A stretch of DNA of 64,000 nucleotides, taken from Candidatus Latescibacterota bacterium. Its GTDB lineage: Bacteria > Latescibacterota > CBDEFO01. A program made the translations under genes and the position numbers. Shown here one piece after another: positions 27,769-37,999 of the stretch. The stretch covers positions 1,912,494-1,976,493 of the forward strand of contig CBDEFO010000008.1 of NCBI GenBank assembly GCA_965237525.1, written 5' to 3'. The notes beneath the pieces were generated by a model. That model was given only the letters and a program-made list of their open reading frames with translations, had not been told where the DNA came from and did not search any database. Every line of letters begins with the position of its first letter. The first letter of the stretch is position 1.

Positions 27769-29016
27769 GACCGAATACGAAGTTCCGGAATCACAGTTTC
27801 GCCAACGAATCGCGCGCGCTTATGAACTCGCCAGTGAGCATTACCTGAGCGCCGTCGTCGTCTATTCGGCGCCCAGAATCCACCAGTGGACCCAGACCGG
27901 ACACGTGGGATATCTGACCAACTGGTCCAATCTGGATCGAATCACTGACTCGATGGTGGTTGTGAGTCGCGATGCAGAGCCTGTCCTTCTGGTGGCCGGC
28001 GTTGAGTACATGCTGGACCAGATCAGAGAAGTCTCATGGGTCAGCGACGTGCGGTTGGTCAGCTCGCCCGATCCTCGAGCTGTCTCGGCTGCCTTCGACC
28101 CCAGCGTCGGCGGGCAAGAAGCAGCCCGCGGGGCCAGAACCTTCGGCAGCGAGATTAGCCAGATTCTGAAAACCAAGCGTTGCGCTGACAGTTCCATTGG
28201 CATCGCAGGCCTGGATGCCATGCCCGCCGCCATCCACCGGGACCTGGCATCGTGCCTGGACGGCCGCATTGCCGACGTGCCTGATATCGTGTCCCGGCTC
28301 CGTGCGATTAAGACGCCGCAGGAACTGGCGATTCTCAGACAAGTCGCGGCTATCTCTGATCGCTGCTACGAGACCATGATGGAGGTCTTGACCGATGGGA
28401 TGTGGGGCTACGAGCTTAGCGCGGAGATGGACCGCGCTGCCAAGCGCGAAGGCGCTGATCTTGTCTACAATACTGTGCACAGCGCTCCAGGCGGGGACCT
28501 GTCAAGGGGCAAGCTGTCCATCAAGGCCCACGATTGTCGGCTGCGCATAGCGGTGATTACATCAATGTCAATGCCTATGTGGTTTACAAGGGCTATTGGA
28601 TTCAATCAGACCGGGTCGGCACCATCGGCCCAGAGCTGGGATCAACAGCCGCCCGTGCAGTCGAGGCCAATCTCCGCGTGCAGGATGAGGTCCTGGCAGC
28701 GATTAGGCCGGGATTGCCCATCGGCGAGCTGGTGCGTATCGGGGACGAGGTGGCCGAACGGCAGGGCTACCGGATCCAGGGCGGACGAATCGGTCACGGA
28801 CAGGGATTGGATTATTCCGAGCAACCTTTTCTCATCGCAGGCAGTCGCGAAACCCTCAAACCGGGCCACGTGTTTGTCCTGCATGTCTGCCTGGAGCTAC
28901 CCGGCACGAATGTTCTGATCAACCCCATCGCCGACCTGTGTCACGTGACCGAGGATGACGTCGAAGTGCTCAACCGATTTCCTCGCGGGCTCTTTTACTC
29001 TCAGGAGTCGCCATGA
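27758..29016 (+). pseudogene. M24-family metallopeptidase (creatinase/prolidase-like) with internal frameshift
   Basis: N-terminal creatinase-like domain in ORF 27683..28918. C-terminal catalytic half (GDYINVNAYVVYKGYWIQSDRVGTIG … GHGQGLDYSEQP … GHVFVLHVCLE) in the +2 frame from ~28520. Junction lies in a G-rich run (gcggggacctgtcaagggg). Confidence 0.65.
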
Positions 29017-29669
29017 ACGTGAATCCTCTCAAACAGATATGGGAAGCTGGCGTGGCACTTCCAGGACAAGGGTACGTCGAGATGATTCACAACTTTTTGC
29101 ACCAACACTGACCCTTTACAGGCAGCTCTCCTTATCGTGCAGAGCTTTCAATACCCTGGATGGCCTTGAGCGTTTCCTCCACTAGCATATCTCCTATGTT
29201 TGTTTCAAGAGCAGGACTGCCACATATCTCTGCCGTCTGAGCCGAAGTGTAACCCACCGTTAGAATTTCCCGCGATAGGGTCCATATTCTGTGAGATCGT
29301 TGCTACTACCCGGCATAAACAGATTGTCAGTGGGACACCTGATTATCTTGACAAAATTAATGGGATATAAGTAGTCGGGTATCTCTGGCTAAATTAGCCT
29401 CTACCTGTTTCCTGCCGACTGTTTCCGATCTATATAGTCATGTCCAGAGTATTTTCAACTGATCCTTAGATCTTAGATTAGAGCGCAGACTGCTGAGATA
29501 GCTCTGAGGGAATTAGAGGATTCAAGCAGAAGGAGATTGAGATAAGGGACGTATCTTCTGTTGAAATTGAAATCTGGTTTGTGCAGTTAAGGCTCAAAAA
29601 TTACTTGACTAATACCATCATACGATTTAGATTTATACTCTGATATTCAAAAATAGATTGACCCCTACT

Positions 29670-29690
29670 CGCCGATTGAATCTATCGGGG
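29670..29690. repeat. REP-like palindrome (forward)
   Basis: CGCCGATTGAATCTATCGGGG followed by ATAGATC. Confidence 0.6.
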
Positions 29691-29726
29691 ATAGATCAAA
29701 ATTATACTCATAGAACTGGAGGTTAG

Positions 29727-30032
29727 ATGCCCACTTACGAATATGAGTGTGTTGACTGCGGATATCAGTTCGAAGAATTTCAGAGCATAACAGCCGATCC
29801 CATTGATTCCTGTCCCAAATGCGCAGGAAGGGCAAAGAAACTGATAAGCGCCGGAGCAGGATTCTTATTTAAGGGCTCCGGATTCTACGCTACCGATTAC
29901 CGCAGTGAAAGCTACAAAAAAGATGCGAAGAAGGATAAGGGTACTCCTTCCGATTCTGGATCTTCAGGCAAGGAGAAAGATTCTACCTCTAAAGCCAAGG
30001 AGAAAGATTCTACCTCTAAAGAAAGCAATTGA
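29727..30032 (+). CDS. FmdB-family zinc-ribbon protein with low-complexity K/S/D-rich tail
   Basis: MPTYEYECVDCGYQFE…CPKCAG. GGAGG RBS. 27-bp tandem duplication in the tail (KEKDSTSKAKEKDSTSK). Confidence 0.7.
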   Translation: MPTYEYECVDCGYQFEEFQSITADPIDSCPKCAGRAKKLISAGAGFLFKGSGFYATDYRSESYKKDAKKDKGTPSDSGSSGKEKDSTSKAKEKDSTSKESN

Positions 30033-30033
30033 T

Positions 30034-30054
30034 CCCCGATAGATTCAATCGGGG
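30034..30054. repeat. REP-like palindrome (reverse)
   Basis: CCCCGATAGATTCAATCGGGG followed by ATAGATTC. Begins 2 nt after the FmdB stop. Confidence 0.65.
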
Positions 30055-30144
30055 ATAGATTCTCTAAGATGGAAAAATTGTGGAACTGATACGGTGTTTA
30101 GAAGTCTATTTTAGGGTGTTTACTGGTGAAAACCGAGGGAGATT

Positions 30145-30879
30145 ATGAACGTGAAAAGGACGGTAATATCGTTATTCTTTGCAGCCACAGCTCTCTCTGG
30201 GTGCGGTAAATCTCCGGAGGAGCTCTACTCGGAGGCGCTTTCTGCGCAAAAAGATGGCAAAGCGCAAGAGGCAATATCCAAATATGAAAACTTAAGAAGG
30301 GAGTATCCGCAAAGCCAACTGGCTCCAAAGGCTCAATTTATGATAGGCTTGGTGTCGGAAAAAATCCTCAAAGATTACAAGAAAGCCAAGACAGAATATC
30401 AAGAAACGTTGGATAGTTATCCCAATTCGGCAGAGGCGGACAGCGCGGGAATAGCTATAGAGCAGATGGCAATCACTATCTTCTCTGAGGGGCAGAGAGC
30501 ATCTGTCAAACCTGCGTTATTCTCAAAGGCTGAGGAGCTTTTGAACACGTTCCTGGAGCTTTATCCCAATCATTCCTCGTGTGACAGCACACTTTTGACA
30601 CTCGCCAGAATCGCACAGAACAAGGGCAATGCAAAAAAAGCGATCTCAATGTATAATCAGCTTTTGGACAAATATCCCAACAGCAGATTCGGATACCAGT
30701 CCCAGTTTATGATAGCTTTCGTTTACGAAGAGATGTTAAATGATCACGAGAATGCTAAACTGGCCTACCAAAAGGTGATAGACAACTATCCTGACTCGGA
30801 CCTTGCCGACGACGCAGAGGTTATGTTAGCACACATAGGCAAAGATCCGGAGGATTGGATCGATTTTCAGGCTCCTTAA
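30145..30879 (+). CDS. TPR-repeat lipoprotein (YbgF/BamD-like fold)
   Basis: Lipobox LSGC. Repeated A..Y……YP.S..A helical TPR-like units. Confidence 0.55.
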   Translation: MNVKRTVISLFFAATALSGCGKSPEELYSEALSAQKDGKAQEAISKYENLRREYPQSQLAPKAQFMIGLVSEKILKDYKKAKTEYQETLDSYPNSAEADSAGIAIEQMAITIFSEGQRASVKPALFSKAEELLNTFLELYPNHSSCDSTLLTLARIAQNKGNAKKAISMYNQLLDKYPNSRFGYQSQFMIAFVYEEMLNDHENAKLAYQKVIDNYPDSDLADDAEVMLAHIGKDPEDWIDFQAP

Positions 30880-31088
30880 GTTACAAGAAATAGCAAATCT
30901 CATCTAAAGAAAATGGAAGCAGAAAAAAGGATACTATCTCTAGACATTCCCATTCTTACGCATTACAGAAACCGTACCCTCCGAACTGAAGCCATCCCTA
31001 TCACTATAACTCAAGCTGTTTCAGAAAGTCCAAGGGCATTCTTCTGGATGACTCAACTCCTTATGTCGGGACCCTGAAAAGAGTTCTT

Positions 31089-31109
31089 CCCCGATAGATT
31101 CAATGGGGG
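31089..31109. repeat. REP-like palindrome (reverse)
   Basis: CCCCGATAGATTCAATGGGGG. Confidence 0.6.
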
Positions 31110-31257
31110 ATACTTTTTGGGGAGAAAGGATTGAGATAGGCCTAAAGATAGGCCTAGACTGCCCCGTCTTCTTGGAGTCGTCCTACGGAGTCGTCCTACA
31201 TAGTCGGCGTAGCCGAAAGATCAGTCGTTGGAATTCAAAGGGAACGGAGAAAACTGC

Positions 31258-32253
31258 ATGCAGATGGCAGCGGACATAGAGAAGATCAACGAAATGATAA
31301 TGGGTGAAAGCGCCTTTACAGAGAAGATAATCTCCGAGATCGGCAAGATCATAGTCGGACAAGAGCAAATGGTCGAGCGCATCTTGATAGGTCTCCTTTC
31401 GGACGGTCACATCCTTTTGGAGGGGGTCCCGGGTCTGGCCAAGACTTTAACTGTTGTCACTTTAGCAAAGACGATACGGGCTCAGTTTCAAAGGATACAG
31501 TTCACACCCGACCTCCTTCCGGCAGACCTTGTGGGGACAATGATCTACAGTCAGGAGACTGGAAAGTTCAATCCCCAAAAGGGTCCGATATTTGCAAATA
31601 TCATACTTGCCGACGAGGTCAACCGCTCTCCTGCAAAGGTCCAGAGCGCGATGCTCGAATCTATGCAGGAACACCAGGTTACCATAGGGCATAGCACGCA
31701 TCGCCTCCCTGAGCCGTTTATGGTGTTGGCCACGCAAAATCCCATAGAACAGGAGGGTACCTATCCGCTTCCGGAGGCGCAGATAGATAGATTTATGCTC
31801 AAGATAAACATCAGCTATCCTAACAAGACCCAAGAGCGGGAGATTATCGACAGGATGACCTCCGGAAACGACCTGCACGTGAATCCGGTAATAGACCTAC
31901 AGGATATCCTGAAGGCCCGATCTGTGGTAAGCCAGGTTTATATAGACGAGAAGATAAAGGACTATATAGTTGACATCGTCTTTGCAACGAGAGAGCCTGA
32001 AAACTACGGTTTGAACGATCTGTCCGGTTTGATCGAATACGGCTCCTCCCCGAGGGCGTCCATATATCTTGTGTTGGCGTCGAAGGCTCAAGCTTTTTTG
32101 AGGAGACGAGGCTACGTGACTCCTGAAGATGTCAAGGAGGTCGGGATGGATGTCCTGCGCCACAGGGTCATAGTTACCTACGAGGCCGAAGCTGAGGAGA
32201 TAACATCTGAGGACATAATAAAAAGGATATTCGATCACATAGAGGTACCCTAA
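31258..32253 (+). CDS. moxR: MoxR-family AAA+ ATPase
   Basis: Walker A GVPGLAKT. Walker B ILADEVNR. Typical MoxR length. GGAG 7 nt upstream of ATG. Confidence 0.85.
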   Translation: MQMAADIEKINEMIMGESAFTEKIISEIGKIIVGQEQMVERILIGLLSDGHILLEGVPGLAKTLTVVTLAKTIRAQFQRIQFTPDLLPADLVGTMIYSQETGKFNPQKGPIFANIILADEVNRSPAKVQSAMLESMQEHQVTIGHSTHRLPEPFMVLATQNPIEQEGTYPLPEAQIDRFMLKINISYPNKTQEREIIDRMTSGNDLHVNPVIDLQDILKARSVVSQVYIDEKIKDYIVDIVFATREPENYGLNDLSGLIEYGSSPRASIYLVLASKAQAFLRRRGYVTPEDVKEVGMDVLRHRVIVTYEAEAEEITSEDIIKRIFDHIEVP

Positions 32254-32255
32254 AT

Positions 32256-33134
32256 ATGATCCCAAAAGACATATTAAAGAAGGTCAAACAGATAGAGATA
32301 CAGACCAGGAATCTCGTAAATACGGTCTTTTCAGGTGAGTATCATTCCGTCTTCAAGGGCAGGGGGATGGAGTTTGCGGAGGTGAGAGAGTACCAGACAG
32401 GGGACGACGTAAGGACTATCGATTGGAACGTGACGGCCAGGATGAATCATCCGTTTGTCAAGGTCTTCGAAGAGGAGCGGGAACTGACGGTGATTTTAGT
32501 CGTGGATGCGAGCTCCTCCGGAGAGTTCGGCACGGTTCATCAGATGAAGGGGGAGATAGCCGTAGAGATATGCGCGCTGCTGGCATTTTCGGCTATCAAG
32601 AACAACGATAGGGTAGGGCTGATCATCTTCACCGACGATGTTGAGAAGTTCATCCCGCCCAAAAAGGGCAAAAAGCACGTGTTGAGAGTTATAAGGGAGC
32701 TCCTCTATTTTGAGCCGAGAGGAAGAGGTACCGACATAGCCAGGGCGTTGGAGTTCCTGAACAAGGTGACCACAAGAAAGAGCGTGGTTTTTATTGTATC
32801 GGATTTTTTGTCCCAGGGCTACGACACCTCTTTGAAGATAGCCAGCAAAAGGCACGACGTCATAGGCATAACGATCACAGACCCCAGGGAGATGGAACTG
32901 CCGAATGTAGGGATTGTGGAGTTGGAGGACGCTGAGAGTGGAGAGAAGATATTGATGGACACCTCCGACCCACAGATCAGAGAGAGATTCTCCACTCTGA
33001 ACGACCAGGAGAGGTCAAAGCGGGACAGGCTCTTCAGGTCGATCGGAGTCGATTCGGTAGACGTAACGACCCACCGCCCTTATGTGGAATCCTTAATGCG
33101 CTTTTTCAGGATGAGGGCCAGCAAATTCAGGTAG
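32256..33134 (+). CDS. DUF58 (vWA-like) protein partnering MoxR
   Basis: DUF58 signature …REYQTGDDVRTIDWNVTAR… and vWA-like LVVDASSSG. Immediately downstream of moxR. Confidence 0.8.
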   Translation: MIPKDILKKVKQIEIQTRNLVNTVFSGEYHSVFKGRGMEFAEVREYQTGDDVRTIDWNVTARMNHPFVKVFEEERELTVILVVDASSSGEFGTVHQMKGEIAVEICALLAFSAIKNNDRVGLIIFTDDVEKFIPPKKGKKHVLRVIRELLYFEPRGRGTDIARALEFLNKVTTRKSVVFIVSDFLSQGYDTSLKIASKRHDVIGITITDPREMELPNVGIVELEDAESGEKILMDTSDPQIRERFSTLNDQERSKRDRLFRSIGVDSVDVTTHRPYVESLMRFFRMRASKFR

Positions 33135-33221
33135 AGATCGAAAGCTGGGAACTTTATCCCGACGTTGTCGTAAAATATTACAGATCGCTTTCTGAGCAAT
33201 TAGACGCGAGGATACACCTTT

Positions 33222-33824
33222 TTGGAATTTAAGTACTGGCTCCTCCCGATCATCAGCGCGGCGGTCGGATGGTTTACAAACTATGTGGCCGTAAAGATGA
33301 TCTTCCATCCCCGAAGGAGGATAGAGTTCTGGGGGCTTTCGATACAGGGTCTGCTCCCCAAAAGACAGGGGCAGCTTGCCGAGAGTATAGGAAGAATTGT
33401 CGAGGAAGAGCTCCTTACACACGCAGATATAAGACGTGCAATTTTTGAGGATGGATTTTGCGACACTGCGGCGGACGTGATAGGTCGCAGGATAGACGAA
33501 ACAGTGGACTACAAGCTGAAACCGTACAGTATCTTCCTGAAGAACTCGGTCGCCAAGAAAGCCCTTCAGAGATTCAAGGATGCTCTGACCTACGAAGCTG
33601 TTTCTCTCATTCCTGATGTATCGGATGAGATGATGAAGCGCATCGAGGAGAACATAAAGATAAGGGACATGGTAAAGGATAAGATAGAAAAGTTCGACAT
33701 GGATAAGTTCGAAGGCATAGTATTCAAAGTAGCCGATAAGGAGTTTAAACATATAGAGATGTTCGGAGGGGTACTGGGATTTTTGATAGGGGTTCTGCAG
33801 ATGGTGTTAATAAAGCTTTTGTAA
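33222..33824 (+). CDS. DUF445-family membrane protein
   Basis: FTNYVAVKMIFHP motif. TTG start predicted. Confidence 0.5.
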   Translation: MEFKYWLLPIISAAVGWFTNYVAVKMIFHPRRRIEFWGLSIQGLLPKRQGQLAESIGRIVEEELLTHADIRRAIFEDGFCDTAADVIGRRIDETVDYKLKPYSIFLKNSVAKKALQRFKDALTYEAVSLIPDVSDEMMKRIEENIKIRDMVKDKIEKFDMDKFEGIVFKVADKEFKHIEMFGGVLGFLIGVLQMVLIKLL

Positions 33825-33840
33825 AACAAGGAGGTCGCGC

Positions 33841-34782
33841 TTGATTGAAGTTGAAAACCTAACAAAATACTACGGGAGAGTCCCGGCCGTTGAGGACATC
33901 GCTTTCCGGGTTGAGAAGGGAGAGATTCTGGGCTTCTTAGGCCCAAACGGTGCGGGCAAGACGACGACCATGCGGATTTTGACCTGCTACCTCCCTGCGT
34001 CTTCGGGAACGGCGAAAGTGGCAGGGTTCGATGTTTTCGAAAACTCGATGGATGTCCGAAGGAGGATCGGCTATCTGCCGGAGCATCCCCCTTTGTACAA
34101 CGAGATGACGGTCAGGTCGTATATGAAGTACGTGGCCAGGATAAAGGGCGTGCCGTCGTCGGAGAGGAAAAAGAGATTCGACGTGGTAAAAGAGCAGTGC
34201 GCTATAGGTGAGGTCTGGAATACGATAATAAGTAAGCTGTCCAAGGGCTATAGACAGAGAGTGGGGCTTGCTCAGGCTCTCATCCACGATCCGGAGGTCC
34301 TGATATTGGATGAGCCTACGGTCGGCCTGGATCCCAAGCAGATAATCGAGGTGAGGGAGTTGATCAAGGACCTTGCTGGGGAGCACACAATAATCTTAAG
34401 CACGCACATATTGCCTGAGGTGGAGATGACCTGCCAGCGGGTCGTAATAATCAACAGGGGCAGGATAGTGGCAGAAGATACGCCTGAAAAACTTGTATCG
34501 AGGCTCAAAGGGGCAAATACCCTCTTTTTGAAGGTTGAGGGTCCACCTGAGGATGTGCTGAATACGATAAGAGCAATCCAGGATGTGAGCAAGGTCAGTC
34601 TGGACGGGGTGGCAGATGAGAACCAAATAAACAGCTATCTTGTGGAGAGCCAGATAACCAGCGACATAAGGGCGCAGGTTGCTTCCCGGATAGTGGCGGG
34701 CAATTTCTCTCTCCTGGAGATGAGACCCGTGGAACTAAGATTGGAGGACATCTTCCTTCAGCTTACTGCGGAGGAAAGCTGA
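33841..34782 (+). CDS. ABC transporter ATP-binding protein (GldA-like)
   Basis: Walker A GPNGAGKTTT, signature LSKGYRQRV, Walker B ILDEPT. Confidence 0.85.
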   Translation: MIEVENLTKYYGRVPAVEDIAFRVEKGEILGFLGPNGAGKTTTMRILTCYLPASSGTAKVAGFDVFENSMDVRRRIGYLPEHPPLYNEMTVRSYMKYVARIKGVPSSERKKRFDVVKEQCAIGEVWNTIISKLSKGYRQRVGLAQALIHDPEVLILDEPTVGLDPKQIIEVRELIKDLAGEHTIILSTHILPEVEMTCQRVVIINRGRIVAEDTPEKLVSRLKGANTLFLKVEGPPEDVLNTIRAIQDVSKVSLDGVADENQINSYLVESQITSDIRAQVASRIVAGNFSLLEMRPVELRLEDIFLQLTAEES

Positions 34783-35570
34783 TGAGAAATTTTTGGGCTG
34801 TCTACACAAAAGAGCTGAAGACGTACTTCGTATCTCCTATAGCTTACACCGTAGCTGGGGTCTTTATCTTTCTGTCCGGTTACTTCTTCAACAATCTCCT
34901 CAAGGAGTTCAGCAGGATCTGCTTTACCTACACACAGCAGATGTCAAGAATGGGCGGCCAGATCCCCCTGCTGAATCTGAACGAGTGGGTGGTAACACCT
35001 TTCTTCGGCGTGATGGACTTTATTTGGCTCCTAATGATTCCGATGCTGACGATGCGGCTCTATTCGGAGGAGAAGAAAGCGGGGACGATGGAGCTCCTGA
35101 TGACTTCGCCTATCACTACAGTTCAGGTCCTGCTCGGCAAGTTCTTCGCATGTTTTACGCTGTACCTTGCTATTGTGGCCACCACGATCGTATTTCCGAT
35201 ACTCCTTGAGATATACGCCGAGCCCGATTGGGGACCCATATTATCGGCTTATGCCGGGGTCATTCTGATGGGTTCGACGTTCATAGCGATAGGAGTCTTT
35301 ATGTCGTCGCTTACGGAGAACCAGATAGTGGCTGTGATAGCAACTTTCGGGTTTATCCTTTTGTTCTGGCTACTGGACTGGTCCGCAAGTTTTGCCGGTC
35401 CGACATTGGGTGAGGTTCTCAGGTATTTGTCTATAATGCAGCATCTTGCGGACTTCCACAAGGGAGTGATAGATACCAATGATGTGGTCTATTACATAAG
35501 CTTCATCGCATTTGCTCTCTTCTTGACATATTCAGTCATAGAATCCAGGAGATGGAGGAGCGGAGTATGA
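34782..35570 (+). CDS. ABC-2 type permease (GldF-like)
   Basis: Six-TM ABC-2 permease. Start overlaps the upstream stop (ATGA). Confidence 0.75.
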   Translation: MRNFWAVYTKELKTYFVSPIAYTVAGVFIFLSGYFFNNLLKEFSRICFTYTQQMSRMGGQIPLLNLNEWVVTPFFGVMDFIWLLMIPMLTMRLYSEEKKAGTMELLMTSPITTVQVLLGKFFACFTLYLAIVATTIVFPILLEIYAEPDWGPILSAYAGVILMGSTFIAIGVFMSSLTENQIVAVIATFGFILLFWLLDWSASFAGPTLGEVLRYLSIMQHLADFHKGVIDTNDVVYYISFIAFALFLTYSVIESRRWRSGV

Positions 35571-36973
35571 CGAAAATACTCGCAAGCAGGACATTCAAAT
35601 ACGGTTCTAACGCCATAATTTTGGCCCTGATCGTACTGGGCATAGTGGCCGTAATAAACTATCTTTCCATCGAATATCACAAAAGGTTTGACGTGACGCC
35701 GGGAAAGCTCTACAGCCTTTCCGATCAGACTATAACTGTGCTGAAGAACCTGGATAAAGACATCAAGATCACGGCTTTCTACCGTGAGATGGAGAGCCCT
35801 AAATTCAAGGATCTTCTCCAAGAGTATTCCTATTACTCGGACAGGTTCTCCTACGAGCTCGTAGATCCCGATAAGAATCCAGCCATCGCCAAACAGTACG
35901 GGATCAGGGCCTACAGGACTACACTCATCGAGAGCGACGGCGCCTCCGAAAAGATAGAAAGCGACACAGAAAGGGACCTCACTAACGCTATAATGAAGGT
36001 CACAAGGGATGAAAACAAGGTGATATATTTCACGATGGGGCACGGTGAGGCGGACATTGACAACGATAAGACCAAAGAAGGATACAGCATCTTCAGAGAC
36101 CGGCTCAAAGAATCTAACTACAACGTGGAGAAGGTCATACTCGCCCAAGAAGGAGGGATCCCCCAAGACTGCGATCTTTTAGTGGTAGCAGGACCCCAAA
36201 ACCGCCTCTTCGACCCGGAGATAGGCTTGATCAGTACGCACCTGGATAAGGGAGGAGATGCCCTGTTCCTTCTGGATCCTTTAGTGGATTCCGGGCTTGA
36301 GGCAATGCTGAGGTCGTGGTCGGTGGAGGTCGGGAACGACTTCGTGGTGGACTTCGGGATTATCGGTAAACTGTTCGGTTTAAGAGACAACACGATGCCC
36401 GTGACGACCCAGTACGGCAATCACGAAATCACCAAAAAGCATCAGCGCATTATGACGTTCTATCCCCTGGTAAGGTCGGTCTCGGCTATGGATAAAAAGG
36501 AATCGGGGACACAGGTAACAGAGCTGGTTTTGACGAGTTCTGAAAGTTGGGCTGAAAAGAGTGTGGATCTCTTGAAAGGCCCAGCGGGGAAGGTCGAGAT
36601 AAATCAAGACCCTGATGAGAAGGGAGGGCCGGTTTCGTTAGCTGTGGTTGTCGTCTCGGATGCACGGATGGCGTCTCAAGATGAAGAGTCCGAGGAGGAT
36701 GGAGATAAGAAGTCCAGGATAGTCGTATTCGGAGACCACGACTTCGGGAACAATCAGTTCTTCGGTCAGCAGGGAAACGGCGATCTCCTTATGAACTCAG
36801 TAAACTGGGTACTCGAGGAGGAGGAGCTTATCTCAATTCGTCCCAAGCAGCCCGGCTTCAATCCGGTGACACTCTCGGCAAAGCAGGGGGACGTCGTGTT
36901 CTATATATCGGTCGTGGCGCTCCCCGCCCTAATTCTGCTTTCTGGAGTGGCGGTCTGGTGGAGAAGAAAATAG
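35552..36973 (+). CDS. GldG-like ABC-transporter auxiliary component
   Basis: N- and C-terminal TM anchors, large periplasmic domain. Usual ABC ATPase – ABC-2 permease – GldG gene order. Confidence 0.7.
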   Translation: MEERSMTKILASRTFKYGSNAIILALIVLGIVAVINYLSIEYHKRFDVTPGKLYSLSDQTITVLKNLDKDIKITAFYREMESPKFKDLLQEYSYYSDRFSYELVDPDKNPAIAKQYGIRAYRTTLIESDGASEKIESDTERDLTNAIMKVTRDENKVIYFTMGHGEADIDNDKTKEGYSIFRDRLKESNYNVEKVILAQEGGIPQDCDLLVVAGPQNRLFDPEIGLISTHLDKGGDALFLLDPLVDSGLEAMLRSWSVEVGNDFVVDFGIIGKLFGLRDNTMPVTTQYGNHEITKKHQRIMTFYPLVRSVSAMDKKESGTQVTELVLTSSESWAEKSVDLLKGPAGKVEINQDPDEKGGPVSLAVVVVSDARMASQDEESEEDGDKKSRIVVFGDHDFGNNQFFGQQGNGDLLMNSVNWVLEEEELISIRPKQPGFNPVTLSAKQGDVVFYISVVALPALILLSGVAVWWRRK

Positions 36974-37074
36974 TACAGATGGCAGGCTTTAGGGATACCT
37001 TTTATGGATATAAAGAATCAGGCAAGTAGTGACTTTAGCAATTAGTGCATTAGTTTGGCATCTGCACACGCATA

Positions 37075-37941
37075 GTGACAACGGAGCATAGCTTTATGTT
37101 GGAGCAAGTTAGTTTCTTTGCTGAAGGTCTAGATCACGCAGAAGGAGTGGCCGTCCATCCCGATGGCGGTGTCTGGTGCGGCGGCGAGGCCGGTCAGATC
37201 TATCGAATCGATCCATCGGGTAAGAACGTGGAAGAAGTTGCCCACACCGGTGGGTTCGTGCTGGGTTTGGCATTTTCACCTGATGTCAGTTGGCTGGCAA
37301 TCTGCGATGCCGGGAACAAAGCAGTGATGAGATTAGAGCTGTCCACTATGGAGGTTAGCACGTTCGCACAGACGATTGGTGACTGGCAACTTATGCTGCC
37401 GAATTATCCCGTATTTGCTCGGGACGGGACGCTATACGTTTCGGAGTCAGGCGACTTTGGAAAAGTCAACGGGCGCATATTTCGTTTCGATCGGGAGGGT
37501 AACGGTACACTCTGGACCCGCGAGACGCTGAATTTCGCCAACGGCATGGCGTTGGATGCGGACGAATCGTACATGTATCTGGTGGAGACCTTCTCCTCGG
37601 ACGTTTCGCGTTTTCGCATCAACGCGGACGGTTCCGCGGGTCCAAGAGAACTTTACGTGGATGACATACGCGAAGTCCCGGACGGCCTTGCATTTGATGT
37701 GGAGGGCAATCTCTACTGTTCGTGTTATGCCCCGTCTCGGATTTACAGAATTGATCCCCATGGTCGTACCTCCGTGTTGGTCGAGGACATTACGTGCCAC
37801 ATGTTGTCCAACTGCACCAACATCGCGTTCGGCGGGCCTGAATTTAAGACCTTGCTGATCACCAATCTGGGGCGCTGGCACGTTTCGCAGCTGCCGATGA
37901 ATGTGAGGGGTCTGCCGCTTTCCTGTCATGCCGAGCAATGA
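37075..37941 (+). CDS. SMP-30/gluconolactonase/LRE-like beta-propeller protein
   Basis: Repeated …G…FANG.A.D… blades. AEGLDHAEGVAVHPDGGVW N-terminus. Confidence 0.65.
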   Translation: MTTEHSFMLEQVSFFAEGLDHAEGVAVHPDGGVWCGGEAGQIYRIDPSGKNVEEVAHTGGFVLGLAFSPDVSWLAICDAGNKAVMRLELSTMEVSTFAQTIGDWQLMLPNYPVFARDGTLYVSESGDFGKVNGRIFRFDREGNGTLWTRETLNFANGMALDADESYMYLVETFSSDVSRFRINADGSAGPRELYVDDIREVPDGLAFDVEGNLYCSCYAPSRIYRIDPHGRTSVLVEDITCHMLSNCTNIAFGGPEFKTLLITNLGRWHVSQLPMNVRGLPLSCHAEQ

Positions 37942-37999
37942 GCTCACCGTGTAGCTCACAGTGTCTGCGGCGAGGGTATTGAAATACTGAAAGGTTTAA

